A model generated the notes under the pieces. It saw only the letters and a program-made list of their open reading frames with translations. It did no database searches and was not told where the DNA came from. Source: Mytilus californianus (lineage: Eukaryota). Taken from it: a DNA stretch of 64,000 bases. Position 1 is the stretch's first letter. Each line of letters begins with the position of its first letter. The translations under genes were made by a program, and so were the position numbers. Shown in pieces: positions 23,117 to 33,944 of the stretch. Location: the NCBI RefSeq assembly GCF_021869535.1, contig NW_026262701.1, forward strand, positions 44,516,001-44,580,000, in the 5' to 3' direction.

Positions 23117-25467
23117 TTGTAATATCATCCACGACTCACTTCGTGCTTACTGTTTGAAATGGATAAAACGGGAAAAAAGCTGACAAAAAATCTTTGGACT
23201 CTTTTTTTAATTCAGTAATGAAGATAGTTGATATACGTATACAACTTTTTAAAGAACATTTTACTTTTAACAACAACCATAAAAATCCTATTTCTCGTAT
23301 CAAACATAAACTAAAAGAACTAGCCAAGGAATTTGTTTTTGTCCCGCCTGATAAAGCTGCTAATAATATCATTATAGTTTGACGTAAATTTTACATTGAG
23401 GTTCTGCAAAAGGAAATCACGAATTCACCAACATTCCAACTGACTTCATTTTCAGAAAACAATATCTGTAACAAACATAAACTATTAGCTACTTCTTTAC
23501 AAGCAGAACCAAATACAATGAAAGTCCCAACTATGTACTGGCTTCCGAAGCTACACAAATCACCTTACAAATATAGATTTATTTCATCTTCAAGTCATTG
23601 TTCCACTACTAAATTGTCTATTCTACTTACTAGTACACTTGGTACAATCAAAAACCTGATAATAAATTGTTCAAATAAGGCCTTTGATAATAGTGGAATT
23701 AATTACTTTTGGAGTGTCAAAAACTCATTGGAAGTACTTGATAAATTGCATGCATATATTGGTGATTTTGAATCTGTTCAAAGTTTTGATTTTTCTACCC
23801 TATATTCCACTTAAATGCCTCATATTCTTATTAAGAAAAAATTCACACACCTAATTAAATGGGCATTTAAAAAGTCAGAATGCGAATACATATGTTCAAA
23901 CTCTTTTAGGTCATTTTTTAGTAGCAACAAACAAAAGAACTCGTCAATTGGACATGCTTTGATACTATATCTGCCCTTGAATTTTTACTTGATAACATTT
24001 TTGTTCACTTTAGAGATTCCGTATATCGTCAAGTTATCGGAATTCCAATGGGGACTAACTGTGCACCACTTATTGCGGACCTGTTTTTGTATTGTTATGA
24101 GTTACAATTTATGACTAAAATCAGCAAAGACCCATCGAAACAACATCTGATACAAAAATTTAACAATACTTTCAGATATTTGGATGATATTTTGGCTCTC
24201 AATAATGACGACTTCAGTATGTAAACTAAAGAAATTTATCCTGTTGAACTTACTTTAAATAAAGCTAATACTAACAATGACCACTGTCCTTTCCTCTATC
24301 TTGATATCTATATCATTAACGGGAAGCTTAATACAAAAATTTATGATAAAAGAGATGATTTTTCATTTCCTATCGTTAATTATCCATTTTTAGATGGTGA
24401 CGTTCCCTTGTCACCATCTTATGGTGTTTATATATCTCAACTTGTACGATTGGCTCGTGTATGTAACAACGTATTAGATTTTAGTGAGAGAAATTTATGT
24501 TTTACTGAAAAATTATTACACCAGGGATTTCGATATCATAAACTAGTCAAAACATTTACTAAATTTGATCATCGTTATAAGGACATCATTCGTAAATATA
24601 ACTCAACATGCAGACATCTTATACGTTCGGGTATTTCACATCCAATCTTTTATGGTATTATTCTTTACAAAGCACAAAAATGTCAGTATTCACCTCAAAA
24701 GCTAACAAAACCTTTAAACAGACTTATTAAGAAGGGACATAGTTACGATACTGTTGTCAGGTCATTAAAGATTGCATATTTTGGCTTTAATATTGATTCA
24801 CTTATAGGGTCTTTGCATCAGAATTAAACATATTTATTCTAAAACCAGTTGTTGGCATGACACGGGTTATGTTCTTCTCATATATTTTATGATGGTATAA
24901 TACTAAACCCCTAACAGGAGGGATTGTGCCTGATATTCATATGATGAAGACATAATCTATCAATCAGTTTAATTGAGGTCTGGAGCTGGCATGTCAGTAA
25001 CTGCTAGTAGTCTGTTGTTATTTATGTATTATTGTCATTTTGTTTATTTTCTTTTGTTTCCTATTCTGACATCAGACTCAGACTTCTCTTAAACTGAGTT
25101 TTACTGTGCATACTGTTGTACGTTTGTTTTTTCTACATTGGCTAGAGGTATAGGGGGAGGGTTGAGATCTCAAAAAACATGTTTAACCCCGCCACATTTT
25201 TGCGCCTGTCCCAAGTCAGGAGCCTCTGGCCTTTGTTAGTCTTGTATCATTTTTAATTTTAGTTTCTTGTGTATAATTTGGAGTTTAGTATGACGTCCAT
25301 TATCACTGAACTAGTATACATATTTGTTTAGGGGTCAGCTGAAGGACGCCTCCGGGTGCGGGAGTTTCTCGCTGAATTGAAGACCCATTGGTGGCCTTCG
25401 GCTCTTGTCTGCTCTATGGTCGGGTTGTTGTCTCTTTGACACATTCCCCATTTCCATTCTCAATTTT
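23117..25467 (+). mobile_element. 5'-truncated Penelope-like retroelement (Naiad-type: RT at C-terminus), decayed copy with candidate Sec codon and SECIS
   Basis: RT motifs DKAANN, WLPKLHK, SFDFSTLY, GIPMGTNCAP, RYLDD, YDKRDDF, SYGVYISQL. ORF ends at 24827 with no GIY-YIG after it. Lesions: frameshifts near 23178 and 23941, TAA at 23812 and 24222. In-frame TGA at 23380. Confidence 0.85.
24867..24955 (+). promoter_or_regulatory. Eukaryotic SECIS element (form 2)
   Basis: AUGAU (24889-93), 11 nt, AAA (24905-07), 23 nt, UGAU (24931-34). Helix II GGUAUAAU/AUUGUGCC pairs fully (two G-U). Apical mini-stem CCU-AAC-AGG. Long basal helix UUAUGU-CUUC-UCAUAU/AUAUGA-GAAG-ACAUAA. Confidence 0.8.
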
Positions 25468-25659
25468 ACACAACATTCAAGCTTGATACAGCACTGAATT
25501 TGGATTGTGATTAAATATTTGACACAGCATAGGTTTCTGACACAGAATGTTGTCTAAGAACTTGAAAATTTTAAATTTACCTATTCAAACCATATCATTA
25601 TTATTTGCTTTTATATATAAATCAGAAATAACCAATTTAAAATTGAAAATTTTAAAGAA

Positions 25660-26713
25660 AACTAGAGGCTCTCAAGAGCCTGTGTCGCTCACCTGTATTT
25701 ACTGATGCTTTGGAAATCATGTAAAATAAGGTTAAAATCATAATTAATAGTATTAGATATTAGATATTATAATGATATCTAAGATAATAACAAAAAACTG
25801 CAAAATTTTTGTAAAATTACTAACTCAGGGGCAGCAACCCAACAACAGGTTGTCAGATTCGTCTGAAAATTTCAGGGCAGATAAATCTAAATCTGATGAA
25901 CTTTTTTGCCACCTATCAGATTTGCTCTAAATGCTTTAGTTTCAGAGATATAAACCAAAAACTGCATTTTACCCCAATGTTCTATTTTTAACCAAGTCGG
26001 CCATGATGGTTGGAAGGCGGGGTCATCAGACAAATTTTTTAAAGTAGATACCCTAATAATGATTATGGCCAAGTATGGTTATATTTGTCTCAGTAGTTTC
26101 AGAGAAGAAGATTTTTGTAAAAGATTACAAAAATTTACAAAAAATTGTTAAAAATTGACTATTAAGGGAATAACTCCTAAAGGGGTCGACTGACAATTTT
26201 GGTCATGACAACTTATTTGTAGATCTTACTTTGCTGAACATTATTGCTGTTTACAGTTTATCTCTATCTATAATAATATTCAAGATAATAACCAAAAACT
26301 GCAAAATTTCCTTAAAATTACCAATTCAGGGGCAGCAACCCAACAACCGGTTGTCAGATTTGTCTGAAAATTTCAGAGCAGATAGATCTTGACCTGATAA
26401 TCAGTTTTACCCTATGTCAGATTTACTCTAAATGCTTTGGTTTCAGAGATATAAGCCAAAATCTACATTTTACCCCTATGTTCTATTTTTAGCCATGGCG
26501 GCCATCTTGGTTGGTTGGTGGGGTCATCGACACATTTTTTAAACTAGATACCCTCACAATGATTGTGGCCAAGTTTGGTTAAATTTGGCCCAGTGGTTTC
26601 AGAGGAGAAGATTTTTGTAAAAAGCTAACGACGACGGACGACGACGACGACGGACGACGGACGCCAAGTGATGAGAAAAGCTCACTTGGCCCTTCGGGCC
26701 AGGTGAGCTAAAA
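25660..26713 (+). mobile_element. HINE family A with duplicated core
   Basis: aactagaggctctcaagagcc start, repeated core, (gacg)n, hairpin gctcacttggccc-ttc-gggccaggtgagc. Confidence 0.8.
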
Positions 26714-29163
26714 AAATGAAAGAAAGAAAAAAAAAATCCCTCCCCCAAATTTGTTTAACCCCTTATGATTCATCACCCCCAAACTCAATCCCAGCCTTCC
26801 CTTTGTGGTATGGTACATTGCAGTACAATTTCAGAGAGATCCATAGTGTCACTTGGACACAAGTGATTGTCTGGAAACTAGAACAATGCTTGTTTTTTGG
26901 CTCCTTTTTGGCCCCAAATTCCTAAACGTTTAGGGCAATTACCCCCAAACTCAAACTAGCTTTCCCTTTATGATATGGAACCTTGTAGTACAATTTCATA
27001 AAGATCCATACACTAACACACAAGTTATGTCTGGAAGTTACAAAAATGCTTATTTTTGGCCCCTTTTTGGCCTCTCATTCCTTAACTGTTGCATGGTACC
27101 ATAACCTCCAAAATCAATCCCAACCTTCCTTTTGTGGTATTGAACCTTATGGTAAAATTTCATAGAGATCCATTCACTTAAACTAAAGTTAGAGTGCGAA
27201 AACCAATGTGTCTTTGGACGACGCCGGACGACAATGACATACCAATATACGACCGCAAATTTTTTTGCGGTCGTATAAAAAAGTTGATCTTCACCAATTT
27301 TCGAACTTGTCTGAGACATTGCTGATATAAATCCTTAATATAAATTTGATAAAAATCTGGCAAGAGTTGTACACGTGACAGGGCTCTCAAGACCTGACAG
27401 ATGGACAGATGCACAGACGCACCCCAGTTTTTCTTTGTGTAAGTTGTGAGGGGACCAATAATCAGACGCAAGAAAGGAAGAAAGATTATGGATAAATGTA
27501 AAAAAAATGTTATACATAAAAAATGTTTAACCCATGTTAAAGGCCTCACTGCAAATTTGAGATGAAGAATGTCAATAAATGTGCTTTTTGTTTTCTCACT
27601 TAATTGTGGTTAGACATTGGCATAAAGCAGTAATCATACATCTGCTCACCAATTTATTACCTAAAGTTGTCACTTCTATTTAAAATCTTTAACATCTAAA
27701 TGTATTGTGAAAAGTAAGTTAGAAAGATAACAGAGAAACTGAAGAAGGTCAGAGGTAAAATTTACTAAAAAATGGTTTAAATACAACAATAATGTAAAAT
27801 ATGTTCCTTGTTGGAATTTCTACACAAGAATTCTATCTAAATTTCATGCAGAGCTGTTTTAAAATATATCGTGAAACCAAAATCATTCAGGTGGAACAAA
27901 AGTTGACCTATCATTAAGTCAACTGATGTATGATGTAGTGTTACATGTAATAACTGCTTTCAACATCTAACAATTGTTTAAATAGCTTCTGATAAAATTC
28001 AATTTGGACCAACCAGTTATAATGTGGTTACAATATGGTTGGTTGTAAAACAGATTGAGTAGCTATTTACTCTAGATCTACATTATCTTTCAAAACACCA
28101 AAAATCATCAAAATTCAAACTGAATTGTTGTGCAACATTGTAATCATAGCATGATTACTATGTAAAAAATTCCAAGTATAGTCAAACACTCGAAAAAAAA
28201 ATTCAACCTATATAACGTTAGATAATTTAATGGTAGTAAGAAAATGAGTTAATTTGAAAACTTGTCAATAATATTCATAATTGTCCCATTTTATTTCATA
28301 TCAAAAGAAATAATTATCTTCTTTTAACATGGTCCTCTCAGAATACCCTTGGTGTCATATATTGAAACATTATTTATTGATCTCAAGATTACCCATAATC
28401 AAGTTCAAAACTGAAAAATAGATCAAGGATTTTCTAAAGTAAACATATTTCAGTCAAGTATCTGATAATCACTTAGAATTTCCAAAAAAAAATTCTAGAC
28501 CTAAGTTTTAAAAGTCAAATCAGCAATTAAATTATATCAAACATTTGGTTATTTTGTATGAAAGATCTATAAAGTTTTCTTTCAAGGCTTGTAAATATTG
28601 TTTTTTAGTATTACTTCAATTAACACAATATTATATCAGATTAAAAAGATCATAACGTCACAATAAAAGAAATTAGGCATATAATGGTATGGTCCATATC
28701 TTTATAATATATATCGATTATGAAACTGAAACTTCACTTCAAAGACTTTGATTTCTTATCATCTAAAACATCTGGATCCACTTGAATATTACATGTATGA
28801 GGGTCTGGATGAGGGGGGTGTCTTTCATTTCTTTATTCTGTACTTTATGCTCATTATTCTCTATTGCCCTCTATGCTGTATTTTAGCCCCGTACAGGCTC
28901 TCATATATTGTGTACAATTGGATTACAAATGTTAAGTGAGGGTATAATACCAGCTCAGTATTATAAGTGAGAGCTTGGGTACTGTTTACTGACATGGTTT
29001 ATTTCTTAAACGTTTCCGTTGATAAAAAAAGAAGTTAGTCAGAAACTTAAGTTCCAACTTCATCAAACATTAGGTTGACCTTTAATATAAAATTGGCTAT
29101 TATTCTATTTAGGTCCTTTTTGGTCATATAGCTCCTTAGAGTGAGTGATATTCAGTTATTTAT

Positions 29164-29357
29164 GAGGGGCCTGATGGGTTATTTTCGTTCTTCGTGATCA
29201 GCGCATTTTCGCTATCGTGATCTGTTTTTCTACAGATTTATTATTTTTTTTATATTTTCGTGATCCGTGTTCATGGAAATTTATTTTCTTGTGAATCTAG
29301 ATTGACAAAAAAATCAACTCGTGAATCCTGATGAGACCCCCCCCCATCAGGCCCCAC
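29164..29357. mobile_element. MITE with about 15-bp TIRs
   Basis: gaggggcctgatggg ... cccatcaggccccac (one mismatch). Confidence 0.7.
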
Positions 29358-30261
29358 ATTTATACATCCTAGGGTTTCAAATCTTTGGGTTTGAGACTTT
29401 CTGATGAAGGCAAACCAAGAAAAGTCCTTTGATTGCACATAATTTCATTTAATTGGATGCGAACTAAGCCAATATATTTCCTTGCTTGCAACTACCTTGG
29501 CTGTATATATTAATTTTATTTTATTGTAAGAGGCAAAACAGCGAACTCATTAGTTCAACCACCATGAATCATCATGTACTCAATGAGTTGAAGATTCATC
29601 TCATTTTCTTATATTTTATGCCACAAATGCTTGTGTCTTATTATAAAAAAAACCAAATTAATCTTACTGTTACCCTTTTCAGTACAAGTTTCAATTTCAA
29701 TACACACTTACTGTCAATGTTTGAATTAGTTAAAATTGAAATTCTATAAGTCCTTGACATTATAAAAGATTAGGTTCTTCAGTTTGAAAAAAATACAATT
29801 TAAAAGACAAAGTGCAATAAACAGATAAGCTTTTGTTAAATTTAGAAAAAAAGTCAAGCACAGATTGACACAAGTTCGTAATAAAGTTATAAAACTACAG
29901 ATACTCATATCTTTGACAGAAGTTTAAAGACCAGGAAGTAAATCAGATTAAAATTAACTGTAATAGTATACTGTCATCTTACCATAGCTCACTGAAAAAT
30001 AACATATATCATATATATATCTTGAATTTATAAGCAATGATCAAGGTCCACCTTTTTAAAAAAAATAAAAATCATACGCAAAAATGAACCATATAATTGT
30101 AAAAACGCATCAAAGATACTGAGGCTTATAGTTTAGTATTGTCTACATGATATACTCATTACTGGCATAATGAATCAAAAAAGGTTGAAGGCCAAATCAA
30201 TAAAAATTAATAAAACTGTTTGGGCCAATATCTTACTAAACTGCATGTGAAAACAACATTA

Positions 30262-32055
30262 GGGAACGACCATTTAACTTCAAGGGGGGGGTGGGTTATG
30301 GTTTTTTCCTAAAAAAATATTCTGATCCCCAATTGGATGAAAAAAAATATTCTGTTTAAGCAGAAGACAAAAAAAAATATTCTGAATCCAGATTTTCTCC
30401 ATAACTTATAGTGTTAAATTTTGAACAAAATAATTTGATTGAAAGAGTTGAAAAATTAAATAAAATTGTTCCTGCATAGCGCAAAAAAAAATTTCTGACT
30501 CAGACAACAAGAGTGCACACGCTGAAATGTCTCGCCTTCTTTACTAATCATTGATATTATGTTGATAGTCCTAAATATAAAGCTTTATTACAACTGTCAC
30601 ATAAACTTAACATTAACCAAGTAAACTAAACATTGACCAATGAACCATGAAAATGAGGTCAAGGTCAGATGAACCATGCTAGGCAGGCATGTACAGCTAC
30701 CAATTCTTCCATACAACAAATATAATTGACCTATTGCTTATAGTTTAAAACAGACCAAAACACAAAAACTTAACACTGAGCAATGAACCTTGAAAATGAG
30801 GTCAAGGTCAAATAAAACCTGTGTGACTGCCAAATAGATCATAAAATATTTCCATACACCAAATATAGTTGAACTATTGCATATAGTATTAGAAAAAAGG
30901 ACCAAAACTCTAAAAACTTAACTTTGACCACTGAACCATGAAAATGAGGTCAAGGTCAGATGACACCTGCCCGCTAGACATGTACACCTTACAATCATTC
31001 CATACACCAAATATAGTAGACCTATGGCATACAGTATAAGAAAAAAAACCAAAACACAAAAGCTTAACTATAACCACTGAACCATGAAAATGAGGTCAAG
31101 GTCAGATGACACCTGCCAGTTGGACATGTACACCTTACAGTCCTTCCATACACCGAATATACTAGACCTATTGCTTATAGTATCTGAGATATGGACTTGA
31201 CCACCAAAACTTAACCTTGTTCACTGATCCATGAAATGAGGTCGAGGTCAAGTGAAAACTGTCTGACGGGCATCAGGACCTTGCAAGGTACGCACATACC
31301 AAATATAGTTGAACTATTGCATATAGTACTAGAAAAAAAGACCAAAACTCAAAAACTTAACTTTGACCACTGAACCATGAAAATGAGGTCAAGGTCAGAT
31401 GACACCTGCCAGCTAGACATGTACACCTTACAATCATTCCATACACCAAATATAGTAGACCTATGGCATACAGTATAAGAAAAACAGACCAAAACACAAA
31501 AACTTAACTATAACCACTGAACCATGAAAATGAGGTCAAGGTCGGATGACACCTGCCAGTTGGACATGTACACCTTACAGTCCTTCCATACACCGAATAT
31601 ACTAGACCTATTGCTTATAGTATCTGAGATATGGACTTGACCACCAAAACTTAACCTTGTTCACTGATCCATGAAATGAGGTCGAGGTCAAGTGAAAACT
31701 GTCTGACGGGCATGAGGACCTTGCAAGGTACGCACATACCAAATATAGTTATCCTATTACTTATAATAAGAGAGAATCTAACATTACAAAAAATCTTAAC
31801 TTTTTTTTCAAGTAGTCACTGAACCATGAAAATGAGGTCAAGGACATTGGACATGTGACTGACGGAAACTTCGTAACATGAGGCATCCATAAACAAAGTA
31901 TGAAGCATCCAGACCTTCCACCTTCTAAAATATAAAGCTTTTAAGAAGTTAGCTAACGCCGCCGGATCACTATCCCTATGTCGAGCTTTCTGCGACAAAA
32001 GTCGCAGGCTCGACAAAAAACCATAACCACCACTTAAAGTTAAATGGTTGCTCCC
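30262..32055. mobile_element. PIF/Harbinger-type MITE (TTA TSD) interrupted by HINE family C
   Basis: TIR gggaacgaccatttaactt / aagttaaatggttgctccc, with TTA on both sides. Confidence 0.75.
30506..32016 (+). mobile_element. HINE family C with nine roughly 147-bp core repeats
   Basis: Starts aacaagagtgcacac; core motif (cc)atgaaaatgaggtcaagg about every 147 bp; 3' hairpin gtcgagc-ttt-ctgcgac-aaaa-gtcgcag-gctcgac. Confidence 0.85.
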
Positions 32056-32144
32056 TTACATGTTATCACCCTACATTGGCTATGGCTGTAAACTGTTATC
32101 TTCATTTTTCCAGCAACAAAACATTTTATTTATAGAGATCCAGT

Positions 32145-32345
32145 AGCAATATACAGTACATACATCACAGCAATATACAGTTGTACACAACAGTGAAATA
32201 TACACTAACATCACAGCAATATATAGTATGTACACCACATTGAAATATACACTAACATCACAGCAATATACATTATGTACACCACAGTGAAATATACACT
32301 AACATCACAGCAAAAATGAATATACACTATGTAAACCAAAGCAAT
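32145..32345. repeat. 46-47-bp tandem repeat, about 4 copies
   Basis: acatcacagcaa at 32162, 32208, 32255 and 32302. Confidence 0.85.
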
Positions 32346-32674
32346 ATACTTAACATTTATAAGTCTGGGTGTTTATTGTCATGCGCTTTTATAATTGCAG
32401 TAAACCATCTAATTGAAATGATGGAGCAAGCTAAATAGTAATACCTGGTGTAGAGTCTACATACTGGTAAGGTTATTGCATTATGTTTCACTTTTATAAG
32501 AACAATTCCAACTTTTAAAAGCTGTTTATATTTAATACCGTATTTTGAAAACAAAATATTGCTCCTCTTAAAATAGGTATTGAAATAAAGAGCCGCAGAA
32601 CCTACATGTCTTAAAGTCTGCAGCGCTTAAAAATATTATAACAAAATGGATTGCATTTGATATACTGAAATGTA

Positions 32675-33319
32675 AACAAGAGGCTCTCAAGAGCCTGAAT
32701 CGCTCACCTGCATTTCAGAGAAGATTTTTAAATGTTAGCAAACTTGATGAACAAATTGTGTAAAATTGTCTTTAAAGGGCAATAACTCCTTAAGGGGTCA
32801 GTTGACAATTATGGTCATATCAACTTTTTTGTAGATCTTACTTAGCTGAACATTATTGCTGCTTACAGTTTATATATATCTATAATAATATTCAAAATAA
32901 TAACAAAAAACTGCAAAATTTTGTTAAAACTACCAATTCGGTGGCAGCAACCCAACAATGGGTTGTTCAATTCGTCTGAAAATTACAGAGCTGATAGATC
33001 TTGACCAATTGAACAATTTTACCTCATGTCAGATTTGCTCTAAAAGCTTTAGTTTTTGAGATATAAGCAAAAAACTGCATTTGACCCCTATGTTCTATTT
33101 TTAGCCATGGTGGCCATGTTTGTCGACGGATCAAAACTTTGGATACAATTTATAAACTAGATACCCTAAGGAACATTTAATTAAAGTTTGAAGGTATTTG
33201 GCCCAGTAGTTTCAGAGGAGAAGATTTTTGAAATAGTTTACGACGACAGACGACGACGACGGATGCCAAGTGATGGCATAAGCTCACATGGGGCCCTTTG
33301 GGCCCCGGTGAGCTAAAAA
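32675..33319 (+). mobile_element. HINE family A, near-identical to 9559-10206
   Basis: Same short internal structure and same gctcacatggggccc hairpin variant. Confidence 0.85.
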
Positions 33320-33897
33320 TGAGTTTGACCAAATTTTCTGGAAAGATTCTTTAAGAACAGAGAGCAGCTGACCTAAATTCCAATTGTACTATATTTTATA
33401 AAAAACTTAATGTACTACCGGTACTAGCTACAACAAAACTATCTCACATTTAACCCTATAGCATGTCATTTCATGTCTTATTGTGTTGCTTAGTTTTCTG
33501 TCTAACAGATAAACACTTCAAATCTCTTTTTAGTATAAAAGCACAGTGGTCCATGGCAGTCATACGTTATGGTCCTGAACCTTATCGACTAAGATAGTAT
33601 CAATGTTATATCTCCTTGATAATGATGATTATGAGATAATGCCAATACAGTAATAGTCAACAATCAACTTGACAACCATGATTAATAAGCTGAGTGAACA
33701 GTAGAATAGATGATGATGTTCATGACCAGGGTGATAATGACAATGTGTAGGCACCAGAGTTAGCTTCTCAAAATCTCCACAGAGGGTTTTAAACACAAGA
33801 GTATGTGAGTTTTCTCTTATACATGTAATAAGTGTGTTTAATCTAAAATAAGCATTGGTTTTGAGTGAGCATATATGTCCTGTACTTCTTTGAATAC

Positions 33898-33944
33898 CTG
33901 TTTTGAGGGATTCTGTTTATATAATGAAGGTCATTCCTCCTCAT
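33898..33944 (-). CDS. Weak candidate alternative first exon (MRRNDLHYINRIPQN-R)
   Basis: Donor AG|GTATTC in phase 2; CpG-retaining sequence immediately upstream (33950-34260). Confidence 0.3.

Larger units (their letters stand above)
23049..27281 (+). mobile_element. HINE family B, host of two further insertions
   Basis: 5' tgctccgc...gatacgaccgcagagg subTIR; 3' hairpin tatacgaccgcaaa-t-tttttttgcggtcgtata region at 27247-27277; uninterrupted relative at 60876-61764. Confidence 0.75.
22395..27430 (+). mobile_element. Old HINE-like element with roughly 150-165-bp core repeats, split by nested insertions
   Basis: Core aagggcataactc repeats from 22400 to 23040, resumes at 27282 (aagttgatc...gagacattgctg) and ends in (gaca)-type microsatellite near 27395-27420. 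Confidence 0.55.

Noticed and set aside
25330-25400. Hammerhead ribozyme in the PLE tail
   Set aside because: The core reads CUGAAGG and GAAG and lacks the UH triplet. Kept only as an unexplained structure.
30640-31850. Constant 24-bp motif with variable spacers, resembling CRISPR
   Set aside because: The spacers are homologous to each other; these are HINE core repeats.
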